DNA of 64,000 nt. Origin: Tubulanus polymorphus. Its lineage: Eukaryota > Animalia > Nemertea. Where the stretch lies: the NCBI RefSeq assembly GCF_964204645.1, contig NW_027437471.1, positions 5,463 to 69,462 of the forward strand. Direction: 5' to 3'. The position numbers were made by a program, and so were the translations under genes. Positions 37,538 through 45,438 of the stretch are shown here, in pieces. Below the pieces are notes generated by a model. It worked only from the letters and a program-made list of their open reading frames with translations. It did no database searches and was not told the DNA's origin. Position 1 is the stretch's first letter; every line of letters starts with the position of its first letter.

Positions 37538-39084
37538 CCACTGAGCCAGTGGTCCAGCAGGGTGTTAGCTGTACCACGGTTCCAGTGGATCCCGTCTCCA
37601 ACAACTCTGAAGCGTCGATCATCGATGGGTGGTATCGCGGTGACGTCGTCGTTATTCTCGAGGAATTCGTTGAACTTCCGGGCGAACTGCTGGTGTTCGC
37701 GGGTCGTGTTGAGTTGAACGAAGTGGACGAACGAGTGCTGATACTTCTTGACTGCGGCGTTGATCAGGCGCTGTGTGGTCTTCTTGGCGGTCGCTTCGAA
37801 GTTGTTGTCGCGGTTGTTGATTCCGACGCTGATGATCACCGTATCCGGGCGATCTCGGCGCTCCGGTACAGCATCGATCAGGTCGGCGAGATGAGCTATC
37901 TTGCAGCCGGGGAAGCTCTCGATCTGGACGTCATCCGGACGGCGGCTTGATGTGATGTTACTCAGATTTGAGTCACCAATCACCAGAATGGGTCGCCGGG
38001 TTGGTGGCAGACTCCAATCCTGTTTCTTCCGACCCGTTTTCGGATGACGGCGAACTTCCTGGGGCGCCATCGGTCTCGGTGTTGGCGTCGGACTTCGCGC
38101 TGGCAGTAGGCGCCCTGGTGACCTGTAATGAGACGGAGAGCTGGAAAGAGAAGAAGAGAGAGACGGCGTCGGACTGCTGGTTGGTGCGGTCGGCGTTCTC
38201 TGCGGCGGCGGCGTCGGGTTTCGAGGCGGCGGCGTCGGACTTCTCGGTGGTGTCGGACTTCTTGGTGGCGGCGGCGGCGTCGGCATCGGACTTCTCGGTG
38301 GTGGCGCCATTCTGGTTGGTGGCGTCCTGGTGACATCCGCGTAGCTTCTCGGTGACCTGGAATCAGAAAAAGAAGGAGACGCTGTGGGCGCGGCGGGCGC
38401 GGCTGCGGTTGGTGCAGGCGTCCTCGGCGTCGCGGGCTTTCGAATCTTCCGGCTCGGTCTCGGCGGCGGACGAATCTTCGGCTCCGTGGGTGCCTCCTGG
38501 TGGTGTGACCTGAAATGAGAAGGGGAAGAAGGTGGGTTAGATAGGACATTTCTGAGTTTGTCAGACAGAGCCTGACCGCGGAATTTCGACCGCAAATCCA
38601 GCGCGATGTTGAAAAGCCGGATCGTTCCGGGGCTCAGACGGGAGCCGAAATTCCTCCGGGCCCATGTCAGGGCGACATCCTGTGCTGATAGACAGTCCGG
38701 CAGAGGATCACCCATTAGCTCAACAAATGTGGCAGCATAATGGATGGTCAGCTCTTTCGAAACTGTCTCCATCCAGACGTCCGCGGCAGCGTGCAGCTGC
38801 ACCGTTACTGCTTCGGTGCAAGCCGCCGGCCGCAGGAACATCTTCAGATGGTCCTTCTTCCTCCGAATCGCTTTCGGACCAGAGCTCAACTGGGCAAGGT
38901 GGTGCGCCACTTGAAGAGCTCTATAATACGTTTTCGGCGACATCCCGGGTTGCTGGTGTCGCTCAGGGCGTCCTCCGCCCTTGCTGGTCTTCTCAGCTGG
39001 TGGTCGTTTCTTCTTTCGAGTAGATCGCTCCATTGACAGATATTTCGGCGAGGTTGCCTTCGTCAGTGTCAGTGCAGGAATCAT
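37528..39084 (-). CDS. PLE ORF1: basic/helical N-terminus, Pro/Ser/Arg-rich linker, C-terminal SGNH/GDSL hydrolase (esterase) domain; likely start ATG at 39033
   Basis: SGNH blocks ILVIGDSNL (Ser), SFPG, SVGINN, DGIHW (Asp/His); RSPTPPP repeats. Confidence 0.9.
   Translation of the reverse strand: MIPALTLTKATSPKYLSMERSTRKKKRPPAEKTSKGGGRPERHQQPGMSPKTYYRALQVAHHLAQLSSGPKAIRRKKDHLKMFLRPAACTEAVTVQLHAAADVWMETVSKELTIHYAATFVELMGDPLPDCLSAQDVALTWARRNFGSRLSPGTIRLFNIALDLRSKFRGQALSDKLRNVLSNPPSSPSHFRSHHQEAPTEPKIRPPPRPSRKIRKPATPRTPAPTAAAPAAPTASPSFSDSRSPRSYADVTRTPPTRMAPPPRSPMPTPPPPPRSPTPPRSPTPPPRNPTPPPQRTPTAPTSSPTPSLSSSLSSSPSHYRSPGRLLPARSPTPTPRPMAPQEVRRHPKTGRKKQDWSLPPTRRPILVIGDSNLSNITSSRRPDDVQIESFPGCKIAHLADLIDAVPERRDRPDTVIISVGINNRDNNFEATAKKTTQRLINAAVKKYQHSFVHFVQLNTTREHQQFARKFNEFLENNDDVTAIPPIDDRRFRVVGDGIHWNRGTANTLLDHWLSGLN
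39031..39074 (-). ncRNA. Minimal type-I hammerhead ribozyme (unit 1)
   Basis: Minus strand CACUGACA-CUGACGA-AGGCAACCUCGCC-GAAA-UAUC^UGUCAAUG: CUGANGA and GAAA cores, stem II GGC/GCC, stem I CACUGACA/UGUCAAUG, AUC cleavage triplet, vestigial palindromic stem III (AUAU). Confidence 0.8.
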
Positions 39085-39115
39085 GCTGAACTAGGATTAG
39101 ACACGGGTTTTTATA
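39085..39115 (-). promoter_or_regulatory. Putative Pol II core promoter (TATAAAA 39115-39109; Inr-like TTCAGC ~28 nt downstream); repeated at 45463-45469, 51817-51823, 58171-58177
   Basis: Minus strand gcgtgTATAAAAacccgtgtctaatcctagttcagcATG, at the AT-rich to GC-rich transition just upstream of the hammerhead and ORF1. Confidence 0.6.
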
Positions 39116-41410
39116 CACGCAGCGCGCAACAAGTGAACAGTATTTGAGTTAGAAGTTAAGTGACCATATGAGACCTTGTGATCTAGACTAATTGTACTTC
39201 TGTGATCAAGCTAATAGACAAACTAGGGGTCTGACTAATTATGCCTTTGATCCAGAGTGACTAGAAAACAGCACTAATTATGGCCCTTGATCTAGCTGTT
39301 GAATAGTTTGCTTTGATGTATAGTTCTAAAGATCTAAAGAACGGCGTGTCTAATATAGAATTGAAAAGTTTATTTCGATATAACCTAATAAATACTCAAA
39401 GTGTTTTCTATAAAGAGAAATCTAGAATATGTATTATTAATATACGTGAACCGGAATGTTCGAAATATGTCCGAGTTCAGTTTCAAAATTGCTTAATTCC
39501 TAATTAGTTTAGACGCGTTAATTAGCGGTGCGCGGCCGAGGCGTATTCCGATATACGCGTGTTTACTAAATAGTCGTAAATGGTGAAATCCGGCTCTTAG
39601 TTAATCAAGTTTTCTCCGTATTCTAAAGCTTTAAAGAGCGGATTTTGAAATATCTACGCGGTATTCTACCGAAAATTGGATGAATTAGACAGCGCGGCGT
39701 CGGCGATTTAGTAGGAAGTTATAACCCGTAAGATCTAAATTACTGAGTGAGCGCGGGTGGTTAATTAGCCCTAATTATGGGTGACGAGTTTTGATAAAAA
39801 TGTCTTACTGATACGTCTGTTTTAATTCTAAGTTCTTAAATATAATTCTATTAGATAAACTACGCTTATTTAGAGTTATTAGGATCGAGTAAAGCTATGT
39901 GAACTTGAATATGTGACAAATATATTCAGACCGGAGCGCGGGTATTCAGTAAATCGGTTTAAGCTTGCGTAGTTTGAGTGGTTCAAAAACACTATGATCT
40001 CTTCTTTAATCCGAAGGTTGAAATATATACGTGATATAAAACTCTTTTTGAATCGGGAATATTGGGCTGTGTTCTTTGAAAAAAAACTGATGAGTTTGAA
40101 GGCGTCATAACTGCGATTTTGTATAGAATTGAGTCGGATAATTAGTCAAGAGGCGCGGGTGGCCGATCGGTCACTAATTATGAGTGACTTGTAAACAGTG
40201 ATTGATGTCCGTGGACTATTATTTATCCTATAAACTTCTTATACTTCTACAACCTATAGTGCGGTTTTTGAATATAGCTACTAATACTTTTGAGCGATCT
40301 CATTAGAATTGTTATCCGAAATAAACTGTCTGTTTTAGAGAAATTTGAAACTTGACACCCGGATCTATATAGAGTATGTTCCAAGAGTTGGCGCGTAGAT
40401 ACGATAATAGTTAATTAGGACGTAGCGGGTTAGGTCCCCGACCGAACGTTATAGATTAAACGGAGGTTAATTAGGGTGCCGCGGGTTCGAGTCCCGACCA
40501 GGCGCCGTTTAGTAATTGAATAGTTCTATTCTAAATGTTTTTTACCTATTCTGGATTCCTTTTAATTCTGAATCTTTGACGGATACAATAGTACTTTTCA
40601 GATGTTTCTACGATATAATCTTAGTGCCGACGCATATTTTCAAAATAAATAAGAGCGGTGGACTGGTTACCGGTATCTAACGCGGGGCACCGGCAACCCG
40701 TCAGTACTAGCGGTTAATTTCGGAGCGGCGGGTACGGTTCCCGAGTATTCTCCGGAGCTTAATTCGGGTGCCGCGGGTTCGAGTCCCGATCAGGCGCGCC
40801 GTTTTAGTAATTGAGTATATTCTTACCTATTCTAGATTCCCTTTCTTTCTAAATTTATAATAGATTAATTAATACTTTTCGGGTGTTTTTATGATATAAT
40901 CTCAGTGCTGACGCATATTTTCGAAATAGATAATAGCGGTGGACTGGTTACCGGTTTCTATCGTCCCGGGACAGGCAACCAGTCTGTACTAGCGGTTAGG
41001 GTTCGGTTCCCGATATCGCGCTTTTGTTTATTTTTCTAACTGTTTCTGATATTTGGTCTGTCTTCTTACTTACTGAATTTCGATTGAGTTTTCAAAGTAA
41101 AGCAGAGAGAACTAATTAAAAGATAAAAGGTTGATGATTCCTGTGGAGCTTGTGATCTTGGAGTTTGTTTTGTACTCTGTCTCTGAGCGGGTTTCTGCTT
41201 CAGGCGACGGAGGATGATTCTGCAAATAGATTGATGATTAATAATTAATCAGTTAAGATAATTTACGAGGGAAACCTGGCACGGGCTAAGGTTAGGTTTA
41301 GAGATAGAGGTTAGGGGACCAAACCGAAGGTTTGGAGACCCCACTAGTGCACGGGCAGCGGGTTATCCCTGTAAAAAAGTAGTGAGAGTTAATTGTTGTA
41401 GTGAGGCGGT

Positions 41411-43870
41411 CTACGGGACGTTCATGCCTCGGGGCGTGTTCGTGTCGAGTCGTCGTATCCAGTCTTGTTCGGCTGCTTCGCGGATCGGTCTCGTGGAGCC
41501 TGGTAGGTGTTGGAGACCGTACACCCGAAAGTGTTCGCGGGTGTGGTCGACTTGGTTGAAGTGGTCCGAGACTGGAGTCGAATTCTTCGTTCTGATGCGT
41601 GAGACGTGATGAGTGACGCGTTCTCGTAGAGACATTCCGGTTTGGCCGACGTACAGCATGTTGCACTTGGTGCATTCGATGCAGTATACAATTTCACGGG
41701 TCGCGCAATTAATTGTGCTGCGGATCGCGTGCATTTTGTTGTGGCTGCGGCAAACGGTTGTTTCTCGGACGAGTGGACACGTACGACATCTCGGTGTTCT
41801 GCATTTCTCGGTGCCTCGACGTCGGGTTGACGGAGTTCTTTGAGTAGACCTGGAAATAGAAGAATTGGAAACAACGGAAGTATTTCTGTTACGATGCGGT
41901 GAAGAGGGGACTCGGGGAGGGGGTGGCTCCGTGGGTTTGAGCTGCGACGAAGTTAGGAGATCTTTGAGACTCTTGTGCTTGGTGTAGGCGGTGACCGTGG
42001 TTACCTCGTCAGACCGGCCGGTGGCCGTAGCCAGTTCCGTAAATCTGGTTCGGATGTTACGGGCTAGGGTTCGGTTGGCTTCGGAGTGAGGTAAGATAAG
42101 CGGTAAACGCTTTTTCGGCGGTTCGTCGGCCCGTTGTTGTTCTCGTAGATCTCGTTCGGCGTGGTGCCGTAGAGCTTGGCTTTTGATGTGTCGCAGTTCG
42201 CGGTCTTTGTAGCCACGACCTCTGAGTACTTTAAGGACGGTTCCGGACGCTGCGTGTAAGTCCGAATCGTTATTGCAGATGCGCCGGAACCGGAGAATTT
42301 GACTTTTAACTATACCGGAAAATGTGTGTTTAGGGTGAAACGAGGATCGATGTAGTAATTGATGCGAATCGGTTGGTTTGAAGTAGACTTTGGTGTCTAC
42401 TGTGCCACTTGTCTCGAATCGCGGGCCTTTGAAAGTGGTTACGTCCAGGAAGTTGACGCTGGTGTCGCTGATTTCGAACTTGAGTTTGATGGATCGGCTC
42501 ACTGTTTGTAGGACGTCGATGAATTGCATCAACGTTTCGCGGCCGTGTTCCCAAACTATGTAGATGTCGTCGATGAACCGAGCGTATAGCGATGGTTGGA
42601 GTTCGCTTCTGGACAGACCTTCTTTTTCCCATTCGGCTACAAAGATATTGGCATAAGAAGGAGCAAAACGCTTACCCATTGCGGTACCTTTTACCTGTAA
42701 ATATGTGTTTTCGTTAAAGTTAAAGTCATTTTTCTTCAGGCTGATTTCGAGTAGTTTCAGCAGCTCGGCATCCGGGCGTCCCGGGTTCGGGTTATCTCGG
42801 AGAGCTTGTCGGATGCTGGCGATACCCTCTTCGTGGGGGATGTTGGTGTAGAGCGAATCGATGTCCATGGTGACGAGTAACGCATCGGCGCTAAATTGTT
42901 TACCGGCCAAAATATCTAGAAAGTGGTTGGTATCTTTGACGTACGACGGGTGACCGCGGGCGATCGGCTGCAAATAGTAGTCGATCCATTCCGAAATTTC
43001 GTAGGTTTCGGAGCCGCAGTCGGAGACGATCGGTCTCCCCGGCGGTACGCGATCGGGTATCGTCCACTTCTCGCGTTCTTTATGGATTTTGGGAAGCAGA
43101 TAGAACTGCCTCTGTTTCGGATTATCGGGCGGTAATAGATATTCGGCGGTTTTTAGCGGGATGATTTTTCGTCGAGCCATATTTTCGATGATTTCGCGAA
43201 TTTCTTCCCCGGTCTGTTCGAAGATCGGTTGCTGCAGCGGCTGATAATACTCGAGATCGGCTAGTTGGCGCATGGCTTCGTGGACGTAGTCGTCGCGGTC
43301 CATGATAACCGTAGCGGAACCCTTATCGGCGGCTTTGATGACAATATTAGTGTTGTCACGCAGCTGCTGGAGGGCTTCGCGTTCCTGTTTAGTGAGGTTA
43401 TCATTTACGCGACGCGTATCCCTGGTTTGTTGAGCCAATTCGTGCGCGTCGTTGCAGAACCCGGCGATTACTGGTTCTATTTCATCCGGAGCCCAACTGC
43501 TGGGCAGACGGAAACGCGGAGCCTCGCGGTCCGGTTTGTCTCGGAAGTGATGGTCGAGTTTCACTAGCCGGTTGAATCGGCACACTCCCTTGGTGCGCTC
43601 GGTCGCGGCGGCATCAGAACCGATTTTTGGAGTCGGGCAATAAGTGAGGCCCTTTCGGAGTAGCTGATGTTGCGCCGGACTTAGGCGGAGTGAACGTGTG
43701 AGGTTGACCACCGGGCTCCCGAGAGCGGTGACCGGATCGCGTCGCGCTTGGTTTGGTGCCGGTTCTTCGTGTTCGTCGGACCTGGAAATGGAAGAAATCA
43801 GAGAAGCATTGGTTAATTCCGGTTGATTTAACTCACCAATAGTGGACCCGTTGGTCTCACTAATACTTAG
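41411..43870 (-). CDS. PLE RT + GIY-YIG (ORF2, unit 2)
   Basis: Same protein with one V>I change relative to unit 1. Confidence 0.95.
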   Translation of the reverse strand, partial: LSISETNGSTIGELNQPELTNASLISSISRSDEHEEPAPNQARRDPVTALGSPVVNLTRSLRLSPAQHQLLRKGLTYCPTPKIGSDAAATERTKGVCRFNRLVKLDHHFRDKPDREAPRFRLPSSWAPDEIEPVIAGFCNDAHELAQQTRDTRRVNDNLTKQEREALQQLRDNTNIVIKAADKGSATVIMDRDDYVHEAMRQLADLEYYQPLQQPIFEQTGEEIREIIENMARRKIIPLKTAEYLLPPDNPKQRQFYLLPKIHKEREKWTIPDRVPPGRPIVSDCGSETYEISEWIDYYLQPIARGHPSYVKDTNHFLDILAGKQFSADALLVTMDIDSLYTNIPHEEGIASIRQALRDNPNPGRPDAELLKLLEISLKKNDFNFNENTYLQVKGTAMGKRFAPSYANIFVAEWEKEGLSRSELQPSLYARFIDDIYIVWEHGRETLMQFIDVLQTVSRSIKLKFEISDTSVNFLDVTTFKGPRFETSGTVDTKVYFKPTDSHQLLHRSSFHPKHTFSGIVKSQILRFRRICNNDSDLHAASGTVLKVLRGRGYKDRELRHIKSQALRHHAERDLREQQRADEPPKKRLPLILPHSEANRTLARNIRTRFTELATATGRSDEVTTVTAYTKHKSLKDLLTSSQLKPTEPPPPRVPSSPHRNRNTSVVSNSSISRSTQRTPSTRRRGTEKCRTPRCRTCPLVRETTVCRSHNKMHAIRSTINCATREIVYCIECTKCNMLYVGQTGMSLRERVTHHVSRIRTKNSTPVSDHFNQVDHTREHFRVYGLQHLPGSTRPIREAAEQDWIRRLDTNTPRGMNVP

Positions 43871-45438
43871 TTTAAACCACTGAGCCAGTGGTCCAGCAGG
43901 GTGTTAGCTGTACCACGGTTCCAGTGGATCCCGTCTCCAACAACTCTGAAGCGTCGATCATCGATGGGTGGTATCGCGGTGACGTCGTCGTGAATCTCGA
44001 GGAATTCGTTGAACTTCCGGGCGAACTGCTGGTGTTCGCGGGTCGTGTTGAGTTGAACGAAGTGGACGAACGAGTGCTGATACTTCTTGACTGCGGCGTT
44101 GATCAGGCGCTGTGTGGTCTTCTTGGCGGTCGCTTCGAAGTTGTTGTCGCGGTTGTTGATTCCGACGCTGATGATCACCGTATCCGGGCGATCTCGGCGC
44201 TCCGGTACAGCATCGATCAGGTCGGCGAGATGAGCTATCTTGCAGCCGGGGAAGCTCTCGATCTGGACGTCATCCGGACGGCGGCTTGATGTGATGTTAC
44301 TCAGATTTGAGTCACCAATCACCAGAATGGGTCGCCGGGTTGGTGGCAGACTCCAATCCTGTTTCTTCCGACCCGTATTCGGATGACGGCGAACTTCCTG
44401 GGGCGCCATCGGTCTCGGTGTAGGCGTCGGACTTCGCGCTGGCAGTAGGCGCCCTGGTGACCTGTAATGAGACGGAGAGCTGGAAAGAGAAGAAGAGAGA
44501 GACGGCGTCGGACTGCTGGTTGGTGCGGTCGGCGTTCTCTGCGGCGGCGGCGGCGGCGGCGGCGTCGGGTTTCGAGGCGGCGGCGTCGGACTTCTCGGTG
44601 GCGTCGGACTTCTTGGTGGCGGCGGCGGCGGCGTCGGCATCGGACTTCTCGGTGGTGGCGCCATTCTGGTTGGTGGCGTCCTGGTGACATCCGCGTAGCT
44701 TCTCGGTGACCTGGAATCAGAAAAAGAAGGAGGCGCTGTGGGCGCGGCGGGCGCGACTGCGGTTGGTGCAGGCGTCCTCGGCGTCGCGGGCTTTCGAATC
44801 TTCCGGCTCGGTCTCGGCGGCGGACGAATCTTCGGCTCCGTGGGTGCCTCCTGGTGGTGTGACCTGAAATGAGAAGGGGAAGAAGGTGGGTTAGATAGGA
44901 CATTTCTGAGTTTGTCAGACAGAGCCTGACCGCGGAATTTCGACCGCAAATCCAGCGCGATGTTGAAAAGCCGGATCGTTCCGGGGCTCAGACGGGAGCC
45001 GAAATTCCTCCGGGCCCATGTCAGGGCGACATCCTGTGCTGATAGACAGTCCGGCAGAGGATCACCCATTAGCTCAACAAATGTGGCAGCGTAATGGATG
45101 GTCAGCTCTTTCGAAACTGTCTCCATCCAGACGTCCGCGGCAGCGTGCAGCTGCACCGTTACTGCTTCGGTGCAAGCCGCCGGCCGCAGGAACATCTTCA
45201 GATGGTCCTTCTTCCTCCGAATCGCTTTCGGACCAGAGCTCAACTGGGCAAGGTGGTGCGCCACTTGAAGAGCTCTATAATAGGTTTTCGGCGACATCCC
45301 GGGTTGCTGGTGTCGCTCAGGGCGTCCTCCGCCCTTGCTGGTCTTCTCAGCTGGTGGTCGTTTCTTCTTTCGAGTAGATCGCTCCATTGACAGATATTTC
45401 GGCGAGGTTGCCTTCGTCAGTGTCAGTGCAGGAATCAT
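43867..45438 (-). CDS. PLE ORF1 SGNH esterase (unit 2)
   Basis: 523 aa; 5 more prolines than unit 1. Confidence 0.9.
   Translation of the reverse strand: MIPALTLTKATSPKYLSMERSTRKKKRPPAEKTSKGGGRPERHQQPGMSPKTYYRALQVAHHLAQLSSGPKAIRRKKDHLKMFLRPAACTEAVTVQLHAAADVWMETVSKELTIHYAATFVELMGDPLPDCLSAQDVALTWARRNFGSRLSPGTIRLFNIALDLRSKFRGQALSDKLRNVLSNPPSSPSHFRSHHQEAPTEPKIRPPPRPSRKIRKPATPRTPAPTAVAPAAPTAPPSFSDSRSPRSYADVTRTPPTRMAPPPRSPMPTPPPPPPRSPTPPRSPTPPPRNPTPPPPPPPQRTPTAPTSSPTPSLSSSLSSSPSHYRSPGRLLPARSPTPTPRPMAPQEVRRHPNTGRKKQDWSLPPTRRPILVIGDSNLSNITSSRRPDDVQIESFPGCKIAHLADLIDAVPERRDRPDTVIISVGINNRDNNFEATAKKTTQRLINAAVKKYQHSFVHFVQLNTTREHQQFARKFNEFLEIHDDVTAIPPIDDRRFRVVGDGIHWNRGTANTLLDHWLSGLN
45385..45428 (-). ncRNA. 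Minimal hammerhead ribozyme (unit 2)
   Basis: Same sequence as 39031-39074. Confidence 0.8.

Larger units (their letters stand above)
34951..41289 (-). mobile_element. Penelope-like retroelement, full unit 1 (6339 bp)
   Basis: ORF1 (esterase), RT/GIY-YIG ORF and 2.2 kb non-coding region. Unit defined from the GGTTAGG junction to the next occurrence at 41290. Confidence 0.95.

Noticed and set aside
37549-39036. Antisense and overlapping ORFs within the PLE (133, 121, 119, 189 aa)
   Set aside because: Shadow frames of GC-rich coding sequence with no recognisable motifs
39034-39084. ORF1 start at 39084 (MIPALTLTK...)
   Set aside because: This ATG is about at the predicted TSS and the 17 codons are the hammerhead sequence; ATG 39033 (tcaATGG) is preferred, though unproven
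40620-40712. Hammerhead in the duplicated non-coding module (minus CUGACGG...GAAA...GUC)
   Set aside because: GAAA does not follow stem II and stem III cannot form
41185-41210. Second hammerhead (minus CUGAAGCAGAAAC)
   Set aside because: Core is CUGAAGC rather than CUGANGA, with no stem II and no stem I partner
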